Numbered from the whole stretch's first letter, positions 1 through 12,654 are shown. The stretch is DNA of 63,165 nt, filler included, from Octopus bimaculoides (GCF_001194135.2; 6 parts of 6 records of this genome joined end to end with filler, not necessarily neighbours in it); one strand, 5' to 3'. The notes: generated by a model from the sequence alone, not told the origin. Program-made: numbers and translations.

Positions 1-40
<40 letters not shown>

Positions 41-372
41 CTGTCTGTCTGTCTGTCTGTATAAGATGTACATATATACATATAAACATGCATACGTACG
101 TATAGGTATACATACAGACATATATATCTACGTCCATACATGCATATACATGCATACATGCGTGCGAAGGCACACGCACACACACAAACATACACATACA
201 GACACACACACACACACACACACACATACCTACAGTGTGCGCATGTAATAGATAAAACAGGGCAGGCGAAGAGCGAGCAAGAGAGAGAGAAAAGAAAGAT
301 AGATAGATAAATAGATAGATAGAGAGAAAGAAAGAGAGATAGAGAAAGAAAGAGAGATAGAGAAAGAGAGAG
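1..372. repeat. Compound microsatellite (TA, TGTC, CA, GA, GATA)
   Basis: Seen directly in sequence. Confidence 0.95.
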
Positions 373-622
373 AGCCTCCGATAAGATTTGACAGCCTTGC
401 TTCTACCTGTGTAAATCAAGCAGTTAAAGTGTTGCGAATACAATTAAAACTATCTTACGGTCAATAAATTAAAAAGTCTTCTTTGAAGATAAGGCTTCTG
501 TATTTGGATAAACAGTGCGAGGTGTCGCTTCTTGTTGCATGCTTCATTAAAAACAGCTCAGCCGAATCACATAAATGATGTGGACGCCCTCTCTCGTCCT
601 CAGCCTTTCGTCTCTCCTCTCT

Positions 623-669
<47 letters not shown>

Positions 670-1587
670 CTCTATCTATCTCTCTATCTATCTATATATC
701 TATATATATNNNNNNNNNNNNNNNNNNNNNNNNNNNNNNNNNNNNNNNNNNNNNNNNNNNNNNNNNNNNNNNNNNNNNNNNNNNNNNNNNNNNNNNNNNN
801 NNNNNNNNNNNNNNNNNNNNNNNNNNNNNNNNNNNNNNNNNNNNNNNNNNNNNNNNNNNNNNNNNNNNNNNNNNNNNNNNNNNNNNNNNNNNNNNNNNNN
901 NNNNNNNNNNNNNNNNNNNNNNNNNNNNNNNNNNNNNNNNNNNNNNNNNNNNNNNNNNNNNNNNNNNNNNNNNNNNNNNNNNNNNNNNNNNNNNNNNNNN
1001 NNNNNNNNNNNNNNNNNNNNNNNNNNNNNNNNNNNNNNNNNNNNNNNNNNNNNNNNNNNNNNNNNNNNNNNNNNNNNNNNNNNNNNNNNNNNNNNNNNNN
1101 NNNNNNNNNNNNNNNNNNNNNNNNNNNNNNNNNNNNNNNNNNNNNNNNNNNNNNNNNNNNNNNNNNNNNNNNNNNNNNNNNNNNNNNNNNNNNNNNNNNN
1201 NNNNNNNNNNNNNNNNNNNNNNNNNNNNNNNNNNNNNNNNNNNNNNNNNNNNNNNNNNNNNNNNNNNNNNNNNNNNNNNNNNNNNNNNNNNNNNNNNNNN
1301 NNNNNNNNNNNNNNNNNNNNNNNNNNNNNNNNNNNNNNNNNNNNNNNNNNNNNNNNNNNNNNNNNNNNNNNNNNNNNNNNNNNNNNNNNNNNNNNNNNNN
1401 NNNNNNNNNNNNNNNNNNNNNNNNNNNNNNNNNNNNNNNNNNNNNNNNNNNNNNNNNNNNNNNNNNNNNNNNNNNNNNNNNNNNNNNNNNNNNNNNNNNN
1501 NNNNNNNNNNNNNNNTCCGATCAGTCGAAAGCTTTTAATCGGATCACTCATTGCTACTTGTTGGTTATCCTTGAAACATCCAGTTTA

Positions 1588-1925
1588 AAACAGCAAATAT
1601 CTTCTACTATAGCCTCGGGCCGACTAAGCCTTGTGAGTGAATTTGTTAGATGGAAACTGAAAGAAGCCCGTCGTATATATTTTATTTTATACGTTCTAAT
1701 CCAAAGGCTGTGGATTGAGCCCACATATAAATGTGTGTGCACGGGCGTGTCTTTGTTTGTTTGTGTATGTCCCCCACCACCGCTTTACAGCCGATGTTGA
1801 TGTGTTTACATCCCCGTAACTTACCATTTCGGCAAAAGACAACGGTAGAATACGTATCAGGCTTAAAAGATAAGAAAGAACTGTTGCCGATTCTTCGAGG
1901 CTGTGTGCCCCAGCATGGCCGCAGT
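1588..1925 (+). mobile_element. tRNA-derived SINE family A (internal TA/TG microsatellite), 5'-truncated
   Basis: tcttctactatagcctcgggccgac...gaaactgaaagaagcccgtcgtatata, then gtcccccaccaccgc...ccagcatggccgcagtc; the same blocks recur more than 15 times in the window. Confidence 0.8.
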
Positions 1926-1934
1926 CTTAGTCTG

Positions 1935-2280
1935 TCAATAATGTTCCTTCTCACTCGTTTGGCGTGTGGTAGCTCTCATACCAGTTCTTCAGATTCAGGA
2001 GGTGTTGAGGGGAATCCTGTTCGAAGTGGCGCGCGGCAACAGAGCCCTGTCAGCATATACAGGCCACATTTCCGCAATGATGTCTAACACCATAAATGTC
2101 GAAGTGATGGGCACTGACCTAAACGAATACGGGAGGGTGGCCAGAGTAAACATTAACCCGGACAAATCGCTGGGTTTGCAGTTCTACCCCTGAGGACACA
2201 AGTCCATACTGTTGGACAATGTTGTGGAGTGTTGGACAGGTGTAACGGTAACTTTTCTTCAGTGTGGTCTATCTATTGTA
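1935..2280 (+). pseudogene. L1/Tx1-clade LINE reverse transcriptase remnant
   Basis: ORF 1966-2193 ALIPVLQ...LSAYTGHISAMMSN...LNEYGRVARVNINPDKSLGLQ resembles the Tx1 RT pattern LEPLL..SAYADDIT..L..Y..VTGAKIN.EKS.GL; catalytic YADD is decayed. Confidence 0.65.
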
Positions 2281-2573
2281 TGCAGATATGCGATGAATTT
2301 GTAACATCAACAAAACTTCTTAGATAGTAAAAGGTGTAGTTGCTTTGACGACCTGTAAACCTGGGTGACACGAAGATCAAAACTGTGTGATTGGTATGTA
2401 CATATTAATCAAGTTCAAACAGCCCTCCCTCTAGTAATCAGGTATTGTAATCAGCGGTTCCCAACCTTTTTTACACCACGAATCGGTTTCATGCAAGACA
2501 AATTTTCCACAGACCTGAATTTCATGCGCTTATCAAAACACAATAAAGTTCATAATGTGGTAAGAATGTGGTA

Positions 2574-2958
2574 AGAACGTCTGTCTTTATGTTCTGAGTT
2601 CAAATTCCGCCGAGGTCGACTTTGCCTTTCATCCTTTCGGGGTCGATAAATTAAGTACCAGTTACACACTGGGGTCGATGTAATCGACTTAATCCGTTTG
2701 TCGGCCCTTGTTTGTCTCCTCTATGTTTAGCCCTTTGTGGGCAATAAAGAAATAAGAGACGTTAGCACGCCGGGCGAAATGCTTAGCGGTATTTCGTCTG
2801 TCTTTATGTTCTGAGTTCAAATTCCACCGAGGTCGACGTTGCCTCTCATCCTTTTGGGGGTCGATGAATTAAGTAGCAGTTGCGTACTGGGGTCGATCTA
2901 ATCGACTGGCAGCCCTTACTAGATTTTTCGGGCTTTGTACCTAGAGTAGAAAAAAAAA
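2574..2958 (+). mobile_element. Two tandem copies of SINE family B
   Basis: gttctgagttcaaattcc(g/a)ccgaggtcgac..gcctttcatcctttcggggtcgataaattaagtaccagtt occurs twice; second copy ends in an A-rich tail. Confidence 0.8.
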
Positions 2959-3824
2959 ATATCAGCTTTCAAATTCTTTCTAGGTTCAAATCCCACCAGG
3001 ATTGACTCTATTTCTCGTATTTCCTGTGTCGATAAACTTTAATACCAGTTATATATTGTGCTGTACTCTACTCACTATTAGACACCTGTACAAAATTAGC
3101 ATCATGCATCATCAAATTTCATCATTACCCATAAACGTCTTGTGTTCAAATTCTGTTGAGAAAAATTTCCCATTTGTCATTCCTAGTGGAAAATAAAATA
3201 TATTTATATATCAATATTTCACTAATACCATTATCTCGATGAATTTATTGAATACCGTGATTAACTCTAATTCGTTAATCATAAAATATCATGCAAGCAA
3301 GACGATAACAAAAAAGTGAAATTCGATAAGTTTAAAAAAAAAAAAATCATAAGTATTTGGTTACAGATCCATGGGAAGCAACTCTGACAGAACTGGTTTC
3401 GATAACATTTTCTTTCCAAGTAAACACAGTTATGATACCTTATATATTATATGTTGCTTTTAGCGCAAACTCACCATTTACTTTGCAAACAGAAGGGATG
3501 AAGAAGCCGTAACATATCTACGAAATACTCAACCGAATAAATGAAATGTTTGCTGTGTGTGTAGTCAATAATCCGCATCAGCGTCAACGTAATTCTAGGT
3601 TCGAATCGTATTGAACGGTACTTTGTGTAAGAGGCAATACCGTTTTAATGCCTGGTTGCTTTGGAAAGTTGCCCGATGGTCCTATGGGTCTAGTTTATGT
3701 ATGCAGTAGCTTTTAATGGGCCCCGGTACATTGCCTTGTTTGGTAGGGGTGGTGTTGGTAGCTAAAATGCTACAAAAAGGGTGTCCTGCTCAGACTGACC
3801 AACGGGAAAATCTAGATTTTTGTT

Positions 3825-4010
3825 TTTTTCCTTGCTTTTAGTCCCTAGACAGTGGCCATGATGGAGCACTGTCTAGAATAGCCTAGTCGAACAATCTGAC
3901 CCCTTCTCCCAGTACTTATTTTGAAAGTCTGCTATTTATTTCAAAGGTCTCCTTTGCAGAGCCGCTAAGTTTCGGGGCCGCAGACAAACCCACACCGTTC
4001 GACACAAACT
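3825..4010 (-). mobile_element. SINE family A 3' part
   Basis: Reverse complement of the family A tail (ccatgatggagcact...ccgctaagtttcgggg...acaaac). Confidence 0.65.
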
Positions 4011-4064
<54 letters not shown>

Positions 4065-4322
4065 NNNNNNNNNNNNNNNNNNNNNNNNNNNNNNNNNNNN
4101 NNNNNNNNNNNNNNNNNNNNNNNNNNNNNNNNNNNNNNNNNNNNNTATATATATATATATGTATATATATAACGTGAGAGAGTTAGGGGTTGGGGGTTCC
4201 CCACTAAGGGATAGTATCTATCCAGTATACTGCTGGGAGGGTACCCAATTATTGCTACACTAGTGCTATACTAGGTGCAATCAGTGGGACCGGGTAAAAG
4301 TGGACGTTTTACCCAAAATTTG

Positions 4323-5516
4323 TATAACAATTAGAAAATGGAGGATAATATGCTGAACCCAACTACTTGCAGACGGTGTATCCTGTTGAATTCATTAATT
4401 TAATTCATAGCAAAAGTGACAAAAAAAGAAAGAAAAAGAAAGAAAGAACTAAAGCACAGGTGTCTATGGCAGACAATGTTATTTTGCCAACCTGGTTTAC
4501 ATATAGAAGTACAGAGTACATAAGGAATTAGAGGATGAACAGAAGTTTAATCTTACAGCTGTTTCGGCCTAGTTTTAGCAAGCCCCATTCTATCCGAATA
4601 TTTATTTCCGGAGTGATTATCGGATGACATTTTGAAATGGGGTCACATGCTCGAACCGCTAGGCCTCTTCAGAGATTCACACAAGGTTTCATACAAATGT
4701 TGAGCAAGAGGTAAAAACAGAGGTGTGGTAGAGACCAGAACAAAAACAACAGCAAAAATAAGATAGAAATAAAAATAAAAAATAGAATTAAAATCAAAAT
4801 CAAAATAAAAATAAGGGTACAGCAGTAAAAAAAATAATAATAATAAAGAATACATAAATGAAAAATGAAGGTATAGCATGTGGGACATGCAAAAGTATAA
4901 AAAAGATATATGTAAAAAAACCCTTAAAAATACAAGGCACACAAAGAGCCTACAAACATTATAAATAGGTAGCTATAGACACTCCAATGCATATATATAT
5001 GTGTGGGTTCGTGTGCACAGCCTTACTCGGATGTCCCCTTACTCCCATGTGTGCATATTGANNNNNNNNNNNNNNNNNNNNNNNNNNNNNNNNNNNNNNN
5101 NNNNNNNNNNNNNNNNNNNNNNNNNNNNNNNNNNNNNNNNNNNNNNNNNNNNNNNNNNNNNNNNNNNNNNNNNNNNNNNNNNNNNNNNNNNNNNNNNNNN
5201 NNNNNNNNNNNNNNNNNNNNNNNNNNNNNNNNNNNNNNNNNNNNNNNNNNNNNNNNNNNNNNNNNNNNNNNNNNNNNNNNNNNNNNNNNNNNNNNNNNNN
5301 NNNNNNNNNNNNNNNNNNNNNNNNNNNNNNNNNNNNNNNNNNNNNNNNNNNNNNNNNNNNNGTCTGCCATAGACACCTGTGCTTTAGTTCTTTCTTTCTT
5401 TCTTTCTTTTTCTTTCTTTTTTTGTCACTTTTGCTATGAATTAAATTAATGAATTCAACGGGATACACCGTCTGCAAGTAGTTGGGTTCAGCATATTATC
5501 CTCCATTTTATAATTG

Positions 5517-5519
<3 letters not shown>
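4323..5519 (-). mobile_element. Penelope-like (pLTR-type) non-coding element with about 155-bp terminal inverted arms
   Basis: 4323-4474 is the near-perfect reverse complement of 5362-5519; contains a hammerhead motif; right end abuts (TA)n. PLE assignment is inference. Confidence 0.6.
4549..4677 (-). ncRNA. Type I hammerhead ribozyme with long stem II extension
   Basis: Minus strand: AATCT-CTGAAGA-GGCCTAG-[86 nt]-CTAGGCC-GAAA-CAGCTG-TA/AGATT. Stem I 5 bp, core CUGANGA and GAAA, stem II 7 bp, palindromic stem III, GUA cleavage triplet. Confidence 0.8.
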
Positions 5520-5558
<39 letters not shown>

Positions 5559-5574
5559 GTGTGTGTATATGTTT

Positions 5575-5740
5575 GTGTGTCTGTTTGTCCCCCAGCATCG
5601 CTTGACAATCGCTGCTGGTGTGTTTGTGTCCCCGTAAACTAGCGGTTCGGCAATAGGGCCCTATAGAATAAGTTCTAGGCTTACAAAGAATAAGCTCTGG
5701 GGGCGATTTGCTCGACTATAAAGGCGGTGCTCCAGCATGT
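5575..5740 (+). mobile_element. SINE family A 3' part
   Basis: gtttgtcccccagcatcgcttgac...ctagcggttcggc...ggcggtgctccagcatg. Confidence 0.75.
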
Positions 5741-6237
5741 ATGCTTATATGTACATGTATGTATACATGTATGTGTATATGCCTGCAATTAAGTTTGAAT
5801 TAAAAACACTTATAACAAAGTTGACTGTTAAAGAAGAATGAATGTCCCAGATCAGTTGAAACAACTCTCCCCTCGTTGAGCAAGAATGATATTTATCGAT
5901 GTTTCGCTCATTCGTAACTCACCAGTACCACGTACTACAATACACCTCGAAACAAAACGAATCACCGGTCTGGGACATATATAAGATAGTGTGAAATCTA
6001 TTTGCTGATGCGCTGTGGCGTAGCACATGTGGATCAAAGTTAAATGTCCGAATTAAAAAGCAACTTTGATAATCTAAATATTATTGGTCGCACATACATA
6101 GTGTAGGATGTATAAAAACCACCTTTTTTTCCCCTTCAGATCTAGAAAATACTTCATCCTCTTCCAATAATTACTGTCAATATACAAAACTTAGACAAAC
6201 CTCACCATAATCTTTTAACGCCACACCAAGGACGGTC

Positions 6238-6298
<61 letters not shown>

Positions 6299-6626
6299 NN
6301 NNNNNNNNATCCGATAGTGCATCAAGGAAGAAAAGGTTACTCAACTGAGTGGCATAAAATCCCTCAGAGATAAACCCCAGGTTCTGGCCCACAGACGTAC
6401 TGTATACTCTCACCGTAGATCCCTGTGCATTTATAATGGCCTTGGGTCTGATTAGGCTAATCCTACGTCAACACAAGCATCTCAACTTAGTGTACGTAAC
6501 ACAAATTTATAAGAAAACTTTCTTAATAGAGTCATAATGTTTGAAAGGAAAATTTTCTTAAATTAATAATTGTTAATTAATTATATAATAAATCGTAAAA
6601 AATAAAGACTTGATGTGTGTGGGAGC

Positions 6627-6685
<59 letters not shown>

Positions 6686-7049
6686 TGCATACATACATAC
6701 ATACATACATATACATATTCATACGTAAATGTGCAGAAGAGAAGACAGTGGAACGTACATTTATCGTCTCTGTCGTAACCAGGAATCATTGGTTGAGTTT
6801 TTTCAGCTTTTACAGTCCGCATCCTCTACCAGGTTTTATTACTTTTTTAAAAAAAATTATGCAGATAGATATATATTAATATACTTAATTGCATAATTCA
6901 ATTAAAAACGTATTCGTTTTAATTATATCATAAAACAGTCTTCGTACCGCACCGCTTTTTACTATTACATAACCCTATCCGTATAGCCTCATACGTTTAA
7001 GGAGCGCCTCTTGCAATTTGTTGGGTTTGTGTGGATGGGACTTGTTAAT

Positions 7050-7270
7050 AACAGTTTCTAATTTTGGTACAAAGCTAGTAAGTTTTGGGGAATGGAAAGT
7101 CGACTACATACACCGACCCAGGACCCATCTGATACTTATTTTAACAACCCGGATAAAAACGGAAGGCAAAGTCGACCTAGAGAGAATTCTTACTCAGAAC
7201 CTAAACCCGGAAAATATTCCGTTAAGCATTTTGTCCGGTGTGCTAACGATTTTGCCTGCTCGTCGCCTTG
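7050..7270 (-). mobile_element. SINE family B, diverged
   Basis: ggcaaagtcgacc...actcagaac...ttaagcattttgtccggtgtgctaacgatt is the reverse complement of family B. Confidence 0.7.
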
Positions 7271-7911
7271 TATTTCTAAGCTGGTCCTCATTCAGCTATA
7301 TTTTCTATCATTCGTAAATCCACACAGAAGTACAAAATGCCTGATTTGTAGGGAAAGAGGCTAAAATGATTAAATCAGACTCAATACTTCAATGGTATTA
7401 AATTTTAATGACGCCAGGAAGGAATAACAAACACACTTAATACCCGATAGGATTTGAAATATAGAATGTAAAGGGACGTAACTTCGATATTGCTAATATA
7501 ACTCTAACACTGTCCCGCTCGTAGAAAATTAACCGGTTTGTAGGGTTTTGGTGATATTAATAACACTATATAAATTTAAGATATTACTTTTCTTCAACAA
7601 AGTTAAAAAGCTTTAAATTCATAGGATAAAAAACAAATGAGCAAAATGAAATTTTGTGATGTTTATGAATCATTTTTTTGTTTTTTCGCTTAACTATATT
7701 CAGCACCTATAAAAATTACGGGCAAACTATAGATACGTATGTGAGAAGGCAGATGGTTCACAATGCAAGGGGAACTATTCAGTATGGACTGAAAGCAAAG
7801 CCAGTGAAGGATGCAAATTAAGTCCCTTAGCACACAAAATAACCTCGTAAAAAAAATCTGAACAGTGAGTCGGCTTATACTAATCAATTACTCGTTTTAC
7901 TGTACAAGTCT

Positions 7912-7961
<50 letters not shown>

Positions 7962-8412
7962 TTCATGTCCTTCGGTTAACTTCGCATTTCATCTCACCAG
8001 AGTTAATAAAATAAGGTACCAGCTAACTACTGGGTTCGGTGATAACGACTACTTTCTTCGTTTCGAAACTGCTGGCTTAGTGTCTCAATCAGAAACCATT
8101 AAAATTATTATTATTATATGTATATATAATTGAGTATGTTCTGCGTTCAAATCGTCATGAGGCCAGCATTTCATCCTTCCGGGGGTCTGATGGGATGCAG
8201 TTCCATCCCATTCCTGTGGTTGATACTCATCGGCTGTAAAATATCTGGCTTGGGTTTTAGTTAAGGATTAATTTTTATAATAAACTTTTCGATTTCGAGC
8301 ACAACACCTGCAAGTTTGGGGGGGGGGGATCAAGTTAATTGATTATATCAACCCCAGAACCAGCACTTGACTGATAACCTATTCCATCGATCACGAAAGG
8401 ATGAAAGCAATG

Positions 8413-8476
<64 letters not shown>

Positions 8477-8721
8477 GTATGATTCTCCTAAAATTTGAAA
8501 CTACAAAAACTTGGAGCAAGAAAACCGTGAAGGTTGTGCCTATAATAATTGGTCATTGGGAACTCTAAGTAAAGATATAGACAAATGGTTAAAGGAGATT
8601 AGAATAGAATGTTATAAGCACTTGAAAGACTATAAAATGCTTGTAGACACCCAAGGTTACAGGTAGTAACCCATTACCCACATAAATCCTAGCAGAAATT
8701 AGACCGAAACAGAGTCAGAGC
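8477..8721 (+). pseudogene. R4/Dong-type (RLE endonuclease) LINE 3' remnant between (AAT)n arrays
   Basis: Translates with one frameshift to W..KTVKVVPIIIG(S)LGTLSKDIDKWLKEI, the PIIIGxLG motif following the RLE nuclease; AAT arrays on both sides. Confidence 0.6.
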
Positions 8722-8777
<56 letters not shown>

Positions 8778-8778
<1 letters not shown>

Positions 8779-8973
8779 CCTTTCTTCTATAGGCAAAAGG
8801 CCTGAAACTTTGGAGGAGCGGGGTAGTCGAATGCATCGACCTGAGTGCGTAACTGGTAATTGATGAAAAGCAAAGTCGACATCGACGGAATTTGAACTCA
8901 GAACGTAGCGACGGGCGAAATACCGCTAAGCATTTCGTCCAGCGTGCTAACGATTCTGCCAGCTCGCCGCCTT
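8778..8973 (-). mobile_element. SINE family B
   Basis: Reverse complement of family B including head (ccgctaagcatttcgtccagcgtgctaacgattctgccagctcgcc). Confidence 0.8.
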
Positions 8974-9281
8974 TAATAATAATCCTTTCTACTAAGGGCA
9001 CAGAAGCCCTAAATTTGGTAAGTGGGAATAGAAACCACGATCTTGCGATCGTAAGTAGCACGCGCCTTTACTCTTTCGGGGGTTCGATGAATAAGGTACT
9101 AATCAAGAATCGAGGTCGATTTCTCGAAATCAGTTATATTGAAGAGGGTGAAGGAAGTTCACATGATGGACCCAATAATTCTTTCATAACTACTTTGTGG
9201 ATACGATATCAATGAAAGAAATGTAACTAGTATTATCGATGAAGTAAATGTTTTCCTGGGACCTAAATTTGTGGCTATGTA

Positions 9282-9619
9282 AGGACTCCCTTCGGTCATG
9301 AATGATCATGGGATTGCACCTAGAAGTTCCCTTCCGAGGCACAAGTCCCGGCATAGTTGTTTACGGAAGACCAGCAGTCGCCCATACATACCAGCCTCCT
9401 CTCTGTACGTTACTTATGTTATCGAAAGGAAAAGCAGAGGGGCCAACACAGCTTGGCTTCAGTGACATCGCACCTCATTCTTGCTAGCTGAGCGAACTGG
9501 AGCAATGTGAAATAAAATATCTTGCTCGAGAACACAAAACGCAGCCTGGTCCGGGAATCGAACTCACAACCTCACGATCGTAAGCCCGACGATCAAACCA
9601 CTGAGCCATGCGTCCTCAC
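9282..9619 (-). mobile_element. Full-length tRNA-derived SINE family C
   Basis: Minus strand: A-box tggctcagtggtt, B-box gagttcgattccc, body gagcaagatattttatttcacattgctccagttc, tail gggcgactgctggtcttcc; a partial copy lies at 37445-37655. Confidence 0.8.
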
Positions 9620-10649
9620 TGTGGCCATGTAACGATTTAAAAAATGGCAATATTTTCATTATTTACCAGCATCAGTACATCCTGCCGCTTTAAATTCTGT
9701 GCTAATATAAGAAAGAAATATTATGCATAACGTTATTCAGCTGTTCACGATATTCTCAAATGTTATGCTTTAAAGAAGCTTCACTATGGAAGGAAATCGA
9801 TGATACAATCAAAATATTTGCCATGATGAAAGAAGTTCGTGTGTCATACTTTAAACGTTTAAATATGAAAGGATATCAAAGACATAATTGCAATATTTAA
9901 CACAACAAAGCAAGTTCGAGTGGTACTCATTCAACAATGTTAACTGTAGTTCGAAATGCAAGTCATAATCGATATTTTAACAAAATGAAATCGATGTCTT
10001 GAAGATCTACAATTTTATACATTAAAAAAGGAAGAACATTTATAAAATTTAGAATTACCACTGGTCCCGTTAGTTATAAGGCATTATGGATGAGTACTTT
10101 TTCGACCCTTCCGTGTAACACGTTTGTTATTAGATATTTAAGCTCCTGTGGATAATAAAGAAATATTTATTACCAACATTAATGGATGAGAAAATGATTT
10201 TGTTGGTTTATGTTGACAACAAAGAGCTTTAGGATATTAAAGATTCACTTCATTACTTTGGCATAAAAAGTAAGGTTTCTCTTTGTTATTTAAGATGATC
10301 AGGTCTGGAACAACGGGATGGTCTGTGATAGTCTCTGGGATAGTCTATGTTGTCCGCAAAGGGAGTTGTAACGAATACGTTCCACAAAATTCGAAAATTT
10401 TGCAAAATATAGAAAAGAAAAAGGCATTATATATATTTTAAAAGGGAAAATAGAAAAGGAAATGAAAATTGTAAAACCAACACATCTCTTCACACAGACA
10501 TTCAAATTTTAAGAAAAACAAATGGTGAAAATGCAAATTTTAAAACAAAGGCATCAACAACAATAGTAAAGTTTTTGCTAGTATTGCGAATCAGCAAAAA
10601 AGTTAAGCATGGTTCAGCTTCAAGAAAAGAAGAAAAGGGAAATGCATGG

Positions 10650-10731
10650 AAAGAAGAAGAAGAAGTAGCAGAAGAAGAAGAAGAAGTAGTAGTAGTAGCA
10701 GAAGAAGAAGAAGAAGAAGAAGAAGAAGAAG

Positions 10732-10763
<32 letters not shown>

Positions 10764-11235
10764 GTAGTAGTAGAAGAAGAAGAAGAAAAAGAAGTAGTAG
10801 TAGAAGAAGANNNNNNNNNNAAGAAGAAGAAGAAGTAGTAGTAGAAGAATAAGAAGAAGTAGTAGTAGTAGAAGAAGAAGAAGAAGAAGAAGAAGAAGAA
10901 GAAGAAGAAGAAGAAGAAGAAGAAAAAGAAGAAGAAGAAGCAGAGCAGCAGGAACTCCAACAACAACAACAACAACAACAACGAGATCAACAAGGAAAAT
11001 AACGGCAATAAGAAGAAGGACAACAACGTCAATGACATCATCATGAACAACAATATCAACAACAAAAAGAAAAACATCAACAGCAGCGATATCAATAACT
11101 GAAACGACCACAACGACAGCAGCAGCAACAAGAACAACAGCAATAACAATTACAATAACAACAACAGCTATGACGACGACGACGACGACGACAACAACAA
11201 CAACAACAACAGCAATAACAGCCACAACGACAGCA
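10650..11235. repeat. Compound trinucleotide array (GAA/GTA/CAA/GAC)
   Basis: Seen directly; source of spurious poly-E/F/L/V ORFs. Confidence 0.95.
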
Positions 11236-11699
11236 ATAAGTATAAGAATCGAATTTCGGATAGATTTCTTCATGTGTGTCTGCTGCGACTCTGTGCCCAG
11301 TCTGAGGTGAATTTTGCTTTTCATTCCTTGAAGGTTATTAAACTGTAAAGGGATCGGCGGAAATGTAGGTATGTCCAGTGGCTTTCGTACATTTGTGTCG
11401 GTTCTTTCGATAGACTTAATCAGTCGTTCGAGTTAACACTACCACATGGTAGGCTTCCGGTTTTAGGATATCTTCCTCTAGCAGCCAGTCTTAGAGACCC
11501 TGTAAAACGTTATGGGTGCTGCTTTTCTGCTAGACTAAAATATAATGAAACAATCGCCGCAGAAACATCATTACAGCGAATTTTTATTCTTCTAGCCATG
11601 TGTGGTCGTCTCCCTTTAGTGTGATATACATCATAATGTGCATTAAAGGGAAGGACATGTTTGACAACGTGGTCCCTGTTATGCAGAAGAAATTATTGG

Positions 11700-11828
11700 A
11701 TACTCTCTCTTTTACTTGTTTCAGTCATTTGACTGCGGCCATGCTGGAGCACTGGCTTTATTCGAACAAATCTATCCGAGGACTTATTCGTTGTAAGCCT
11801 AGTACTTATTCTATCGGTCCATTTTGCC
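11700..11828 (-). mobile_element. SINE family A 3' part
   Basis: tttacttgtttcagtcatttgactgcggccatgctggagcac...gccgaaccgctaagttacg. Confidence 0.8.
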
Positions 11829-11884
11829 GAACCGCTAAGTTACGCTAAGTAATTTATATACGAAGTGATATAAGTTTACATATA

Positions 11885-11953
11885 TTAACCAGAAAAATCC
11901 GCGATGTACTGAGTGCGCGATAGGTGAACCGCGATATGGCGAACGATTACTGT
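11885..11953 (-). mobile_element. pogo/Tigger-type DNA transposon or MITE terminus
   Basis: Minus strand TA-CAGTAATCGTTCGCCATATCGCGGTTCACCTATCGCG resembles Tigger-like TIR starts at a TA target. Confidence 0.5.
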
Positions 11954-12246
11954 ATCTTACGTTCTCTCGAAACTTTGTAAAGTTCTTATGACGTTGACAT
12001 AATACAATTCACACTGTTAACAACAAAGTTTCTAAAATCGATAGAACAATTCGAAGGAATGTTTTTGTCAAATAGTAGAACGCCTGTAATAGCTACAGGA
12101 GATGTAAGTTCGTGTTCCATGATCAACCTTTTCAGTATTTTCTGTGCCACAAAGTTTTTCGGCCCAATATTTACATGCTATTATCTCTAGTTTTATGTGT
12201 GCTTCAAAATCCACTTGTCCACAAAAGGGATTATCTATATATATAC

Positions 12247-12283
<37 letters not shown>

Positions 12284-12383
12284 NNNNNNNNNNNNNNNNN
12301 NNNNNNNNNNNNNNNNNNNNNNNNNNNTTAATTAATTAANNNNNNNNNNNNNNNNNNNNNNNNNNNNNNNNNNNNNNNNNNNN
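12284..12383. other. Artificial scaffold linker N44-TTAATTAATTAA-N44 (also at about 28660-28759, 48298-48397, 56830-56929, 60479-60578)
   Basis: Identical 12-mer with stops in all six frames, centred in a 100-bp N block, five times. Confidence 0.9.
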
Positions 12384-12654
12384 CCCCCCCCCCCACACAC
12401 ACACCTGCTCCTATTTTCAACAGATTTATTCCTTAACAGTGACACCTTTTAGCAATTAATTTCACTGCTTCCAACAAAGCAATAAAGTGTTTTTACCGAA
12501 ACAAATGTCGTAAAACATTTTATGGATATTTCAGCGCTTGTTCCGATTATCGATCTGGGGTTAACCCCTTCCATCCCACCATTCTTTTGCCCCTCCCCCT
12601 GCTTTTCCGTTCTTTAACAGCCTATGATGAATGTTCAGGCATACCATTTATTTT

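Noticed and set aside
4215-4290. Additional hammerhead on the minus strand (cccactgattgcacctagt...actagtgtagcaataattggg) and a similar one near 49575-49635
   Set aside because: Hairpins exist but core nucleotides and the UH site are missing; cannot support.
5905-5975. Minus-strand 47-nt exon candidate (cccag|...ctg|gtgagt) and plus-strand acceptor at about 6138
   Set aside because: Splice consensus only; weak pyrimidine tract or no partner site, no homology.
10502-11324. Long poly-E/L/F/V ORFs
   Set aside because: Translations of trinucleotide microsatellites.
12328-12339. Recurrent TTAATTAATTAA as a biological motif
   Set aside because: Always centred in exactly 100-bp N blocks; assembly linker.
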